From assembly GCA_965221775.1 (NCBI GenBank), contig CBDCSU010000004.1, forward strand, positions 224,001 to 288,000: a DNA stretch of 64,000 bases, written 5' to 3'. Positions within the stretch are counted from its first letter, which is position 1; every line of letters starts with the position of its first letter. The notes beneath the pieces were generated by a model. It did no database searches, had not been told where the DNA came from, and saw only the letters and a program-made list of their open reading frames with translations. The stretch is from Candidatus Latescibacterota bacterium (GTDB lineage Bacteria; Latescibacterota; UBA2968; UBA8231). Made by a program: the position numbers and the translations under genes. Shown piece by piece: positions 11,879-26,107 of the stretch.

Positions 11879-11954
11879 TGGAGCCACCCGCCGGAGTCGA
11901 ACCGGCGACCTACTCATTACGAGTGAGTTGCTCTACCAACTGAGCTAGGGTGGC
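11879..11954 (-). tRNA. tRNA-Thr (anticodon CGT)
   Basis: Reverse complement GCCACCC-TAGCTCAGTTGGTAGAGC-ACTCA CT CGT AA TGAGT-GGTTCGACTCC-GGGTGGC-T-CCA; 76 nt with encoded CCA. Confidence 0.97.
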
Positions 11955-12025
11955 GAAGCTGTTGCGGCGCAATGGGATAGAGAATTCCCGAGAACTCTCT
12001 GCCATGAGCTCTCCGGGACAGGTGA

Positions 12026-12055
12026 AATCTACGGGCCGAAGCGGAATCCGGTCAA
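12026..12055 (-). promoter_or_regulatory. Putative sigma70 promoter of tRNA-Thr
   Basis: Minus strand TTGACC-18 bp-TAGATT. Confidence 0.5.
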
Positions 12056-12066
12056 CGGCCCCTCGC

Positions 12067-13278
12067 TCAGAGGAAGCTGAACAGGCGCGCCACCCGGTCG
12101 ACGATCCGTGAGCGGCTGCGGCCTCCGCCCGACGATCGCAGGTCGACGCCGGTATCGCAGGCGAAGCGGAGCAGACCGATGCTGGTGGCGTACTCGGGGG
12201 TCTGCACCGACTCTGGCGCGATGATCTCGGTGGGGACGCCGATGCGCACCGGCATGCCCAAGGCTTCCTCGCCGAACCGGTCGATGTTCCGCAGCAGGGC
12301 GCCGCCGCCTGTGAAGACCATACCGGTGGTCAGCAGGTGACCGCAGCCGCTGCTCTCGATCTCCTGGGCGACGAACTCCATCATCTCCTGCTGTCGCGCC
12401 TCGATGATGCCGTCGAGATCCTCCCGCTTGATCGTGTGCGAGCGCCCCGCCGTGGTCTGGAAGGTGAGGGGCTCGCCCGCCTCCTCGGCATCGGTGCGCA
12501 CGCCGCCGAAGTTGCACTTCAACTCTTCGGCCTCCCGTGGAGAGGTGTTGAGCACCATCGACAGATCCCGGGTGATGTCCTGGCCGCCCAGGGGCACCTC
12601 GGTGAGGTGCCGCAGGGAGCCGCCGGCGTACAGGGCCATGTCACAGGTGCCGGCGCCGAGGTCCAGGAGGCCGACCCCCATGTCGCGCTCGTCCGTGCTC
12701 AACAGGGAGGCGGCGGTGGCCACCGACTCCACCAGGAAACCGGCGATGGCCACGCCCGCTTCCTCCGCGGCGCGCTGCAGGGTGGTGCAGGCGTGGTCGG
12801 AGGCGGTTGCGCTCAGCGTCTCGACCTCGAGCTTGTGTCCGTGGAGCCAGAGGGGGTTCTGCACCGGCTCGCCATCGACGGCATAGCTCTGCACGAAGCG
12901 GTGCAGGATCGCCGCCTCTGCCGGCGGCGCCGTGGCTTCGGCGGCGGCCAGGGCGCGCTCCACGTCCTCGTCGTCGATCGGGTCGGAGGGGCCGGAGATC
13001 GCAACGGCGCTGCGGCTCGCCTGGGCCTGCACGTCGCGGCCGGCGATTCCAGCGTAGGCTCCCGTGATGCGCAGTCCGGCGGCGCGCTCTGCTTCGGCTA
13101 CGGCCGTCCGCATGGACTCGACCACGAGAGGCATGTCGATAACGGCACTGCGGCGGATGCCGCGGCAGGGGCTGGTGCCGATCCCCAGAATCTTGCAGTC
13201 CCCGCTGGACTCGGTCTGGCCCACGAGGCAGCGGACGCGGGAAGCTCCGATATCGAGTACGACGACGGGTGATGACAT
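12067..13278 (-). CDS. ftsA: Cell division protein FtsA (stand-alone copy)
   Basis: VLDIGASRV, SHS2 insert, DLGAGTCD, GGQDITRDL, FTGGGALL, C-terminal amphipathic helix RVARLFSFL. Confidence 0.9.
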   Translation of the reverse strand: MSSPVVVLDIGASRVRCLVGQTESSGDCKILGIGTSPCRGIRRSAVIDMPLVVESMRTAVAEAERAAGLRITGAYAGIAGRDVQAQASRSAVAISGPSDPIDDEDVERALAAAEATAPPAEAAILHRFVQSYAVDGEPVQNPLWLHGHKLEVETLSATASDHACTTLQRAAEEAGVAIAGFLVESVATAASLLSTDERDMGVGLLDLGAGTCDMALYAGGSLRHLTEVPLGGQDITRDLSMVLNTSPREAEELKCNFGGVRTDAEEAGEPLTFQTTAGRSHTIKREDLDGIIEARQQEMMEFVAQEIESSGCGHLLTTGMVFTGGGALLRNIDRFGEEALGMPVRIGVPTEIIAPESVQTPEYATSIGLLRFACDTGVDLRSSGGGRSRSRIVDRVARLFSFL

Positions 13279-13500
13279 GGATCGTATGCCCTGTCCCCTT
13301 GATGGTTGGCTGGTTCTGCCGCCATCGCAGCAAGGATGGGCGAGGGCCCGCCCTTGGACGGCAGGATGGAGATCGAGGACGGGCCCGGAGGCCGGAGAGT
13401 GCAGGGAGGAGGACTTCTGATGCTGCTGGAGAGCCCCGGGGGAGGGGGTCTCCGGAACCGTTCCGGGACGTTTCGAGATGGAACGGCAAGAGTATCGATC

Positions 13501-13568
13501 AAGGTAGCTTGGGAGCACCCGGCAGTCAAGCGAATTCGCTTGACCGGGTTTTGGGGCAGGCGTAAGAT
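13501..13568. promoter_or_regulatory. Back-to-back sigma70 promoters (ftsA and ssb) built on a 20-bp palindrome
   Basis: GTCAAGCGAATTCGCTTGAC at 13525-13544; plus strand TTGACC-17-TAAGAT, minus strand TTGACT-17-TACCTT. Confidence 0.7.
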
Positions 13569-13625
13569 AGTTCGCCCGCATGGCGGGGTCCCGCGGCCTG
13601 CCCCAAATCTACAGAGGAGAACTCC

Positions 13626-14117
13626 ATGGCACGGGGGGTCAACAAGGTCATCCTGATCGGCAACCTCGGGGGCGATCCCGAGGTCCGTTACACGCCGAAC
13701 GGCGCAGCCGTCGCCAACGTCAGTCTGGCCACCAACGAAAGCTGGACCGACCGCAGCGGCGAGCGCCAGGAGCGCACCGAGTGGCACCGTCTCGTTCTCT
13801 GGAGCAAGCTGGCCGAGATCGCCGGCCAGTATCTGCGCAAGGGCAGCAAGGTCTTCATCGAGGGGCGGCTGCAGACCCGTTCCTGGGACGACCAGAGCGG
13901 CCAGAAGCGCTACACCACCGAGGTGGTGGTCAACGACATGCAGATGCTGGACGGCCGCGGCGAGGGCGGCGGCCCCGGAGGGCCTCCTCCTCCGGGGGGC
14001 CCGACCGACGGCGGCGCGCCCGGCGGCAACCTCCCGCCTACGGGTGAGGCCGGTGGCCCCCAGGGCGGGGCCGGGGGACCGCAGAGTCCGGCCGAAGACG
14101 ACGACCTGCCCTTCTGA
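13626..14117 (+). CDS. ssb: Single-stranded DNA-binding protein
   Basis: [29 protein letters not shown], Gly/Pro linker, acidic DDDLPF tail. Confidence 0.98.
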   Translation: MARGVNKVILIGNLGGDPEVRYTPNGAAVANVSLATNESWTDRSGERQERTEWHRLVLWSKLAEIAGQYLRKGSKVFIEGRLQTRSWDDQSGQKRYTTEVVVNDMQMLDGRGEGGGPGGPPPPGGPTDGGAPGGNLPPTGEAGGPQGGAGGPQSPAEDDDLPF

Positions 14118-14143
14118 AATCGCGGGCGGACGGCGGCCCCGCC

Positions 14144-15012
14144 GTGGCGGGCAGTTACCTTCACCTGCACCTTGCGACCGGCGCTTTTCGTTCCGCTTTC
14201 GGGGACGATCCTCCCCGCCGTCCGGTACAGCACGCCGCCTTTCTCGCCGGCTCTGTCGCCCCCGACCTTGGCTTCTTTCCGGGAGGGCCGTCGGCCTTTT
14301 CTCATCGCGTCCACCACCAGCACACGGCCGATCTCGTCCGTTCACTGCTGGCCGCCGCCGAAGATGAGATCGAGGCCGCCTTTGCCGCCGGATGGGCGTT
14401 GCATGTGTGCACCGACGTGACCACCCATCCCGTCGTCAATCGCCGCGCCGACGACCTGCGCCAGGAACGGAGCCGGCAGCCCGCGAGCCGTCTGGACCTC
14501 TGGCACAAGCGCGTCGAATGGGGAATGGACTGTCACCTCCTGAGCGTCCTGGAGCCCCGACCCCTGTGGCGCACGGACTTGCACTTTCCGGCCTCGGCCG
14601 AAGGCCCGAGCCTGCTGGCGATGGCCGCAACCCAGGTCTTCAAAGAGGGGGTCGACGACGGCTCCCTTCGCGCGGGCTGGTCCTCCACACTTCGCTGGGT
14701 GCGCCGCTTGGCGCCGATCTTCGCCTGGACGGGGGCCTGCCGATCTCCCGGCCGCGGCTGGACCGCGGCCGCTGTCGGCCCGGTGCTGCAACCGCTGGCC
14801 AGGAGCCTGGGCCGCCTGCTCCAGGATCACGAAACGCGGGAGGACGAGGCCGCCGTGTTGTCGCCGGAACCGCCGCCGCCGGCATTCGTCGACTCCATGA
14901 TGGAGGCCGCGCAAGCGGCCGTGGCCACCTTCCTGTTCCACTGGCGTGACCGGTTCGAGAATCTGCCCAATCTCGATCTGGACACCGGTGAGCCGGTTGC
15001 AGGGGGACCGGG

Positions 15013-15016
<4 letters not shown>
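14144..15016 (+). CDS. Zinc-dependent phospholipase C-like protein
   Basis: N-terminal His, GSVAPD, H-rich SHRVHH, GWALHVCTD..HP, HKRVE..MD. Confidence 0.7.
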
Positions 15017-19397
<4,381 letters not shown>

Positions 19398-19403
19398 CGG
19401 ACG

Positions 19404-20582
19404 ATGGCCGACGGCCTTCCGGTGCAGCTGACCACCATGGTCCTGCTGTCCGGCACCGTTCTCTACCTCGGTATCGTGGTCTGGCTCCTGACCGGCATCG
19501 GCCGCAGCCGGCGCGCTCCCGGGACAACCCTCCCGCCGCCTCCCGTCTCGGTGGTCGTAGCCGCCCGCGACGAGGGCGACAGGATCGAGGCCTGTGTGCG
19601 CTCCCTGGCCGATCAGTCCTACGACGGGACCCTGCAGATCGTCGTCGTGGACGACCGTTCGGGGGACGATACGGGCCGGGTGCTGGCGGCGCTCCGCTCG
19701 GACTGGAAGGCGGCGGTCGACCTGGTCGTGGTGCGGGCGCCGGACCCGCCGCGGTTCGCGTGCCCGAAGAAGAGCGCTCTGGCCGCCGGGATCGACAGGG
19801 CCGGAGGGGAGATCCTGCTGTTCACGGACGCCGACTGCCAGCCGCCCCCGGACTGGGTGGAGGCAATGGTCTCGCGGTTCGACGGCGGCGTCGGTCTCGT
19901 GGCGGGCTATGCCTATCCCCATCCCCCCGGCGGCGTCCGGCAACGGGTGCTTGCACTCGACAACCTGGGGGTGGCCGCCCTGGCGGAGGGCAGCATCGGC
20001 ATGGAGGCTCCGCTGGCCTGCACGGGGCGGAGCCTGGCGTACCGCCGAGCGGTGTACGAGGAGGTCGGCGGATTCGACGCTATCGGCCACCTCGTCGGCG
20101 GCGATGACGTCTACTTCCTGCGCCTGGTGACAGCGCGGACCGGCTGGCATATCCGCTACTGCGCCGACGAGGCGGCGGCGGTGCCCTCCGCCCCGCCGCC
20201 GCCCGGCTGGCGTGCGTTGCTGGATCAGAAGGTGCGGCACGCCTCCAAGGCCTCCCGCTACGAGGGCGGCGCGCGATGGCTCGGGGTCGCCGTGTACCTC
20301 TACCACGCGGCCCTCCTCGCCGGCGGCCTGCTGGCCGCGGGAGGCATTCAGGCGGCCTTCTTTCTATGCTGCTGGTTGGCGCGGTGGCTGGCCGACTTGC
20401 TCCTCCTCGCCCGGTTTGCGCCGCGGGCCTCCGACCGATCCGGCCTCCTCCTCCTGCCGGTGGCGGAGATCCTCTATATTCCCTACGTGCTGCTGCTGGT
20501 GCCCCTGGGGCGTGCGGGATGGTTCCGGTGGAAGAGCGGCGCCGCCCTCCCTCCCGATCCTGAAAGCAAGTCACGGTCATGA
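19404..20582 (+). CDS. GT2 glycosyltransferase, membrane-bound
   Basis: VSVVVAARDE, VDDRS, KKSAL, TDADC, GGDD, QKVRH (QxxRW variant), N- and C-terminal TM segments. Confidence 0.9.
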   Translation: MADGLPVQLTTMVLLSGTVLYLGIVVWLLTGIGRSRRAPGTTLPPPPVSVVVAARDEGDRIEACVRSLADQSYDGTLQIVVVDDRSGDDTGRVLAALRSDWKAAVDLVVVRAPDPPRFACPKKSALAAGIDRAGGEILLFTDADCQPPPDWVEAMVSRFDGGVGLVAGYAYPHPPGGVRQRVLALDNLGVAALAEGSIGMEAPLACTGRSLAYRRAVYEEVGGFDAIGHLVGGDDVYFLRLVTARTGWHIRYCADEAAAVPSAPPPPGWRALLDQKVRHASKASRYEGGARWLGVAVYLYHAALLAGGLLAAGGIQAAFFLCCWLARWLADLLLLARFAPRASDRSGLLLLPVAEILYIPYVLLLVPLGRAGWFRWKSGAALPPDPESKSRS

Positions 20583-21691
20583 CCCTGGTTTCTCCGAGAG
20601 CGGTTCCGCGCTACATCGAGCGCTACGGCTACGCCTTCTCCTGGAGACGGCTGTGGAACGCCGCCAAGGTCATCGCCTCCATGGGGCTGGCGTGGAGCCT
20701 CCGCCGCCCCATCGTGTGGGGGCGGCCCTTCATGTTGATGGTGGAGCCCACGAACCTGTGCAATCTCAAGTGTCCTCTGTGCCCTTCGGGCAACGGGGAG
20801 ATGTCCCGAGAGCGCGGCAACATGGATCTCGGGCACTACAAGAGGCTGATCGACGAGACCGGAGACGACCTGTTCCTCCTGCTCTTGTGGAACCAGGGAG
20901 AGCCGTTCATCAACAAGGGTCTGGCGGAGATGATCCGTTACGCGCACCAAAAGCGGATCCCCACGATCACGAGCACCAACGGCCACTTCGTGCGCACCCG
21001 CGAAGAGGCCCTCGAGCTGGTGGACAGCGGCCTCGACGAGATCATCATCTCTCTCGACGGGGTCGACCAGGAGACCTACGAGCGCTACCGCGTGGGGGGC
21101 AAGCTGGAGAGGGTTCTGGGGGCGGCGAGACTGCTGGCCGCCGCCAAGCGCGAGCGCAGCTCGAGCACGCCGCTGGTCAATCTCCAGTTCATCGTCTTCC
21201 GCCACAACGAGGAGGACCTGGCCGAGGCCGAGCGCCTGGCGCGGGAGCTCGAAGCCGACCAGTTCCTCGTCAAGACCGCCCAGGTCTACTCCCCGGAAGA
21301 GGCGGCCACATTCCTTCCGGAGCAGGACCTCTACCGGCGTTACGAGGGGACGGAAGCGAACGGCCGGCCCCCCGGCGCAGAGGGGAACGGGTTGCGCGTG
21401 AAGGGACAGCCGGCGCGTGGTTGCAAGGTCCTCTGGTACAGCTCCATGGTCAACTGGAACGGAGACGTGGCTCCCTGCTGCTTCGACAAGGATGTGGACT
21501 ACCGGCTGGGGAATGCGTTCTCAGCCGATGCCAACGGTCAGGAGGGCACCTTCGGGGAGGCCTGGCGAGGCCGCGCCTATGCGGACTTTCGCCGCACCGT
21601 GCACGCCGACCGCGGCGCCGTCGACATGTGCCGCAACTGCTCCGAGGGCTACCGCGGCATGTTCTCCCTGGTGAAGGAGCTGCGCGGCTGA
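20579..21691 (+). CDS. Radical SAM protein with SPASM/twitch domain
   Basis: CNLKCPLC (CxxxCxxC), GEP, ISLDG; C-terminal C..PCCFD..CRNC. Confidence 0.92.
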   Translation: MTLVSPRAVPRYIERYGYAFSWRRLWNAAKVIASMGLAWSLRRPIVWGRPFMLMVEPTNLCNLKCPLCPSGNGEMSRERGNMDLGHYKRLIDETGDDLFLLLLWNQGEPFINKGLAEMIRYAHQKRIPTITSTNGHFVRTREEALELVDSGLDEIIISLDGVDQETYERYRVGGKLERVLGAARLLAAAKRERSSSTPLVNLQFIVFRHNEEDLAEAERLARELEADQFLVKTAQVYSPEEAATFLPEQDLYRRYEGTEANGRPPGAEGNGLRVKGQPARGCKVLWYSSMVNWNGDVAPCCFDKDVDYRLGNAFSADANGQEGTFGEAWRGRAYADFRRTVHADRGAVDMCRNCSEGYRGMFSLVKELRG

Positions 21692-21704
21692 TCCCGCCGG
21701 CCCG

Positions 21705-22913
21705 GTGATCGTGGACCTGGTCCCGGCGGCCCTGGCCCTCTGCGCGGCCGTGTACGCGGCGGGCCTGCTTTGGTTCTCCCTCGGGGCCCTGCGGCCCGGG
21801 AGGCAACCGTCGGCCCCGGGGGATGAGCCACCCTCCGTGGCCGTCGTGGTGGCCGCTCGCGACGAGGCGGGCCATGTGGAGGCCTGCCTCGAAGCGCTGT
21901 GCGCCCAGACCTACCCGGCCGGCCGCTACGAGGTCGTCCTCGTCGACGACGGGTCCCGCGACGGCACCGGCTCCCTGGCCCGAGCCGCCGCCCGGCGCCT
22001 GGAGGAGGAGGGGCCGCGCGTCCGGGTGCTCGACGGGCCGTCCCGGTACGGCCCGACCGGATCCAAGAAGGCGGCCCTCGGCCTGGGCATCTCCGAGTCC
22101 GACGCCGACCTGATCCTCACAACCGACGCCGACTGCCGCGTGCCCCGGACCTGGGTGGCGGCCATGTCCGGCGCCTTCGCCGAGGACGTGGGAGCCGTCC
22201 TCGGCTTCTCCCAGATCGGGTCCCCCGGCGCCGTGAGCAGGCTCCTGGCGCGCTGGGAGGCTCTCGATTTCCTGCAACTGATGACCGCCGCCGCCGGAAG
22301 CTGCGCCTTCGGGCATCCCATGGCCGCCACGGGCCAGAACCTCGCTTTCCGCCGCTCCGCCTACGACCAGGTGGGAGGCTACGCGTCCATCCTGCATCGG
22401 GTCTCCGGAGACGACGTGCTGCTTCTGCAACTGATCCGCCGGGCGCGGCGCTGGCGCGTTGTCTTCTGTGAAGACCCCGGCAGCCATGTGGTCCACCCGC
22501 CCTCCGCCGGCCTCGGCCGCTTCCTCGGCCAACGCGCCCGGTGGGCCTCCAACGCTCCGGGGCAGAGCCGGATGGACCCGGTCTTCTTCATGTACATCCT
22601 GGGTACTTTCGGCCTGTCCGTGGGTCTGACCATCAGCCCCCTGCTCTGGTCCGCCGGCCTCCTGACCGCCGCGGAGACGGGGGCCCTGTGGCTGGTGAAG
22701 GCGGGGCCGGAACTCGGCCTGGCACTGGTCGGGGGGGGCCGCTTCGGGCGCCGCGATCTGCTTGGGATCTTTCCGCTGTGGGCCCTGCTGCACCCGGTCT
22801 ACACCGCCGTCGTCGGCGGCTTCGGCGCCTTGGGCTTCTACCGTTGGAAGGGGAGGTCCGCCGCTCTCGGACGCCGTTGGCGGGTGGAAAATATCGCCGG
22901 CACCCGCCGCTGA
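21705..22913 (+). CDS. GT2 glycosyltransferase, membrane-bound
   Basis: VVVAARDE, DDGS, KKAAL, TDADC, SGDD, QRARWA. Confidence 0.9.
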   Translation: MIVDLVPAALALCAAVYAAGLLWFSLGALRPGRQPSAPGDEPPSVAVVVAARDEAGHVEACLEALCAQTYPAGRYEVVLVDDGSRDGTGSLARAAARRLEEEGPRVRVLDGPSRYGPTGSKKAALGLGISESDADLILTTDADCRVPRTWVAAMSGAFAEDVGAVLGFSQIGSPGAVSRLLARWEALDFLQLMTAAAGSCAFGHPMAATGQNLAFRRSAYDQVGGYASILHRVSGDDVLLLQLIRRARRWRVVFCEDPGSHVVHPPSAGLGRFLGQRARWASNAPGQSRMDPVFFMYILGTFGLSVGLTISPLLWSAGLLTAAETGALWLVKAGPELGLALVGGGRFGRRDLLGIFPLWALLHPVYTAVVGGFGALGFYRWKGRSAALGRRWRVENIAGTRR

Positions 22914-22927
22914 GCGCGGGCGGCCCC

Positions 22928-23860
22928 TCAGAGCCTCCCCGCCAGCATCTCCATCAGCAAGCCGTAGCGGATGCCCCGGGTCGACACGATCACCCCGGGG
23001 GATCGCAGGCGGTCGAGGCAGTGCCGCAGGATCAGCGAACCGGCGCCGATGATGTCGGCGCGGGCGTCGCTTACCTGGGGAAGGGCCTTGATCTGCTCCC
23101 AGGTCATGCCCACCAGCCGGTCGCTGAGGCGCCGCACAGCGTCGGCGGGGAGGAAGTGCCCGTCGACACCGGCCGCATCGAACCGGGGGGCGCCGTGGTC
23201 GAGGGCGCCCAGGGTGGTGATCGTGCCGGCCACTCCCACGATGGCCGGGTCACCCGGCCATGGCGGCAGTTCCTCGAAGGCGGCGCGGATCAGGTCGGTG
23301 GCGCGGGTCCGTTCGGCGTCGGTGGGGGGCAGGGCCGAGAAGCAGCGTTCGGTGACGCGCACCGCCCCCACGTCGACCGACCGGGAGCGTTCCACGCCGT
23401 CGGCGGAACCCAGGGCCAGTTCGGTGGAACCGCCCCCGATGTCCAGGACCGCGTACCGGGCCGGCAGGTCGAGCCCGAAAGCGGCGCCGGCGAAGGTGTG
23501 GCGGGCCTCCTCCTCGCCGCTGAGCTCGGTCAGTTCGATCCCCGTGCGCCGCGCCACCATGTCGATGAACTCGGCGCCGTTGGCCGCGTCCCTGAGGGCG
23601 GAGGTCCCGAAGGCGCGGATGCGGCGGGCGCCGAGCCCTTCGGCGCGGCGGCGGTAGCTGGAGAGGAATCCACAGACCCGGTCGACGGCGGCGGCTCCGA
23701 TGCGGCGCTCGGCGTCGACGCCCTGTCCCAGACGGGCGATGGCGTGGGCGTCGTCGAGGATGTCGATCCCGCCTCCGGGGCCGGTCCGCCCCGTGACCAT
23801 CAGGATGGTGTTGGTGCCGAGGTCGATGGCGGACTGCACCCCTGTGGGGGCGGGACTCAT
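22928..23860 (-). CDS. ppx: Ppx/GppA exopolyphosphatase (short form)
   Basis: AIDLGTNT, RLGQGVD, TSALRDAAN, SGEEEA, DIGGGSTE, RADII.AG. Confidence 0.92.
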   Translation of the reverse strand: MSPAPTGVQSAIDLGTNTILMVTGRTGPGGGIDILDDAHAIARLGQGVDAERRIGAAAVDRVCGFLSSYRRRAEGLGARRIRAFGTSALRDAANGAEFIDMVARRTGIELTELSGEEEARHTFAGAAFGLDLPARYAVLDIGGGSTELALGSADGVERSRSVDVGAVRVTERCFSALPPTDAERTRATDLIRAAFEELPPWPGDPAIVGVAGTITTLGALDHGAPRFDAAGVDGHFLPADAVRRLSDRLVGMTWEQIKALPQVSDARADIIGAGSLILRHCLDRLRSPGVIVSTRGIRYGLLMEMLAGRL

Positions 23861-25140
23861 GCGTCGGCGCAGCGCTCGCGGCTCTTGAGCAGGGCGGTCA
23901 GCTCCGATGGCGTCTGGCAGTGCAGCATGGCGTCCCGGGTCTCGTCGGCGTGCATCAGCGAGGCGATCTGCCCGAGGACGGGGATGTAGGTGCGGTAGTT
24001 CTGCTGCGGGGTCAGCAGCAGGAAGATGTAGCGCACGGCGCCGCCCGGACCGCTGAAGTCGACGCCCTCGGGACAGATCCCGAGGGAACCGATGATGCTC
24101 GGCAGGCCGGGCAAGGGGGCGTGGGGGATCGCCGTCTCCCTGCCTATGGAGGTGGAGGACTTCCGCTCCCTGGCGCGGGCGGCCTCGAGGACGGTATCGC
24201 GCTGGGACTGGGGCACCTGCTTCTCGTCCACCAGGATATCGACCATCTGGTCGATCGCTTCCCACTTGTCCCGCGGATGCAGGTCCAGCCGGATCGTGTG
24301 CTCCCAGAAGATGTTGCTCAGCCGGTTGCCGCCGGGGGACCGGGAGCGGACCATCAGCACCGAGCAAGGCGCCTTGTAGGCGATCTCGTCCGGGATCGAG
24401 CCGGCGAGAAACTCCTCCTGCCGCCAGTCGTTGGAGCCGCCGAGGACGAGCAGGTCGTCCGCCCGGGAAAGCTCGATCAGGGGCGCCGCGACCTCCGTGG
24501 CAGGCACCACCCGGCAGGGCGCCTCGATTTCCAGCAGGCGCAGTTGCATCTGCAGGTCGTCGCCCAGTTGACGGCAGTAGCGCTCGAGGAGAGGGTCGTC
24601 CGTCGGCGCCCCGAGGTGCCGGGCGACGCGCACGGCGAGCATCTCCGAGGACCAGGTCCTGGCGAGTTGGTGGGCCACCTCCAGGCCCAGCAGGGAGTTG
24701 GTGCCGCCGCCGGTGGGCACCAGCACGCGCCGGGCGGTCGTGAAACCCTTGTCCTTGAAGATCAAGGTGTCCACGTCCAGGGCTTTCGTCAGCTCCCGGT
24801 TGGGGGAGGAGAGAACGGTGGTCCGGTTGACGTCACCGTACCAGCCGATGAGCAGGATGTCGCAGTTCCAGCGTTTGAGACCGTCCTGCACCGCCCCATT
24901 CACCGTCTCTCCATGCACGAGATGAGGGAAGGCGCTGACACCCATGCCAGAGGCGAGGCCGGCCGCACGCCGAAGCTGTGCATCCAGGTCCGGCCGGGGA
25001 GCCTGATCGGGGGTGACCACGTGGGTGAGGTGCAGTTCCCCCAGGGGATCCGTGGCCAGGGTGGCGGCCAGCCGGACGAGGGCGTCCTCCGTCGCCGGGT
25101 TCTCAAGGGCGACGAGGATCCGCACGGCGGATTTCGGCAT
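23857..25140 (-). CDS. Tandem universal stress protein domains fused to a PTS EIIA(Ntr/Fru)-like domain
   Basis: ILVALENP and VLVPTGGG...GSIPD.I...APCSVLMVR (USP); RE..SSTSIG..AIPHA (EIIA phospho-His). Confidence 0.8.
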   Translation of the reverse strand: MPKSAVRILVALENPATEDALVRLAATLATDPLGELHLTHVVTPDQAPRPDLDAQLRRAAGLASGMGVSAFPHLVHGETVNGAVQDGLKRWNCDILLIGWYGDVNRTTVLSSPNRELTKALDVDTLIFKDKGFTTARRVLVPTGGGTNSLLGLEVAHQLARTWSSEMLAVRVARHLGAPTDDPLLERYCRQLGDDLQMQLRLLEIEAPCRVVPATEVAAPLIELSRADDLLVLGGSNDWRQEEFLAGSIPDEIAYKAPCSVLMVRSRSPGGNRLSNIFWEHTIRLDLHPRDKWEAIDQMVDILVDEKQVPQSQRDTVLEAARARERKSSTSIGRETAIPHAPLPGLPSIIGSLGICPEGVDFSGPGGAVRYIFLLLTPQQNYRTYIPVLGQIASLMHADETRDAMLHCQTPSELTALLKSRERCADA

Positions 25141-25404
25141 GTCAGTCAACAAGGCGGGCAGGCGCCGTGGGAGCGCTGTGACCGCCGGTCATCGGGGATG
25201 AGAGGGCGCGGGCCTTGGGGATGGTCGCGCCGTTCCCGTATGGTCTTGAAGATACGCAGGGACCCTCGGAATCGCCACCGTACGCGACTTCTGACAATTG
25301 CTGTAACTCAAGTGTTTCTCGTGGCTTGCGCCGGTCCGAGGAGGGTTGCGGCAGGGTCCGGGCATGAGTAGCTTTGCAGTTCGATGGAGGAGGTGGGTCC
25401 ATCC

Positions 25405-26091
25405 ATGGCCGTCGTTACCGTTGCTCGTCAGTTGGGAAGCGGGGGAGACCTCATCGCCGAGAAGGTCGCCGGGGTCCTTGGATACGAGCACGTCGACCGG
25501 CGGCTGGTCGAGGAGATCGCGAACATCACCGACACCTCTCCGGAAGAGGTGGAGAAGTACGATGAGAAGGGAGAGGGGAGGGTCCGCTACTTCCTGAAGC
25601 GCCTCCTCGTTCCGGAGATGACCCCCGGCGGGTTCCCACTTTCCTCGGCGGCCTACTTTCCCGAGTTCGGCCTGGAGTTCCCCTACGTCATGGAGCGGGC
25701 CGGCGCCGATCAGCCCGCCTACCTCGACCGCGGCACCTACCAGCTGCTGATCACCACCCTCGTGCAGGACTTCGGCGAGACCGGCAAGGCGGTCGTCGTC
25801 GGCCGCGCCAGCCAGGTGATCCTCGCCCAGAATCCGCGGGCCCTGCACTTGAAGATCATCGCCCCCTTCGACCTGCGTTGCGAGCGGGTCCGCGAGGGGA
25901 GGGAAGTCACGGCCGAGCAGGCCGAGGAACTGGTGCAGCAGCACGACCGCTGGCGCAAGCAGTACCTGCGCAACCACCACGACGCCGACTGGGACGACCT
26001 GCTCCTCTACCACCTCACAATCAACACCGGCAAGGTCGATGCGGAGGACGCCGTCGACCTGATCGTCAGGTACGCAAACCGCCAGGGCTGA
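25405..26091 (+). CDS. Cytidylate kinase-like family protein (Cytidylate_kin2)
   Basis: VTVARQLGSGG, VVVGRA, D..R..Y, YHLTINTG. Confidence 0.85.
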   Translation: MAVVTVARQLGSGGDLIAEKVAGVLGYEHVDRRLVEEIANITDTSPEEVEKYDEKGEGRVRYFLKRLLVPEMTPGGFPLSSAAYFPEFGLEFPYVMERAGADQPAYLDRGTYQLLITTLVQDFGETGKAVVVGRASQVILAQNPRALHLKIIAPFDLRCERVREGREVTAEQAEELVQQHDRWRKQYLRNHHDADWDDLLLYHLTINTGKVDAEDAVDLIVRYANRQG

Positions 26092-26107
26092 GGGCCCGGG
26101 AGACGGA

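Noticed and set aside
11879-11954. tRNA-Thr and tRNA-Asn (58822-58897) as integration sites of genomic islands
   Set aside because: No integrase and no duplicated tRNA 3' end (att site) seen in the window
25153-25404. Riboswitch or ncRNA in the divergent intergenic region
   Set aside because: No recognisable aptamer consensus or terminator; most likely just divergent promoters
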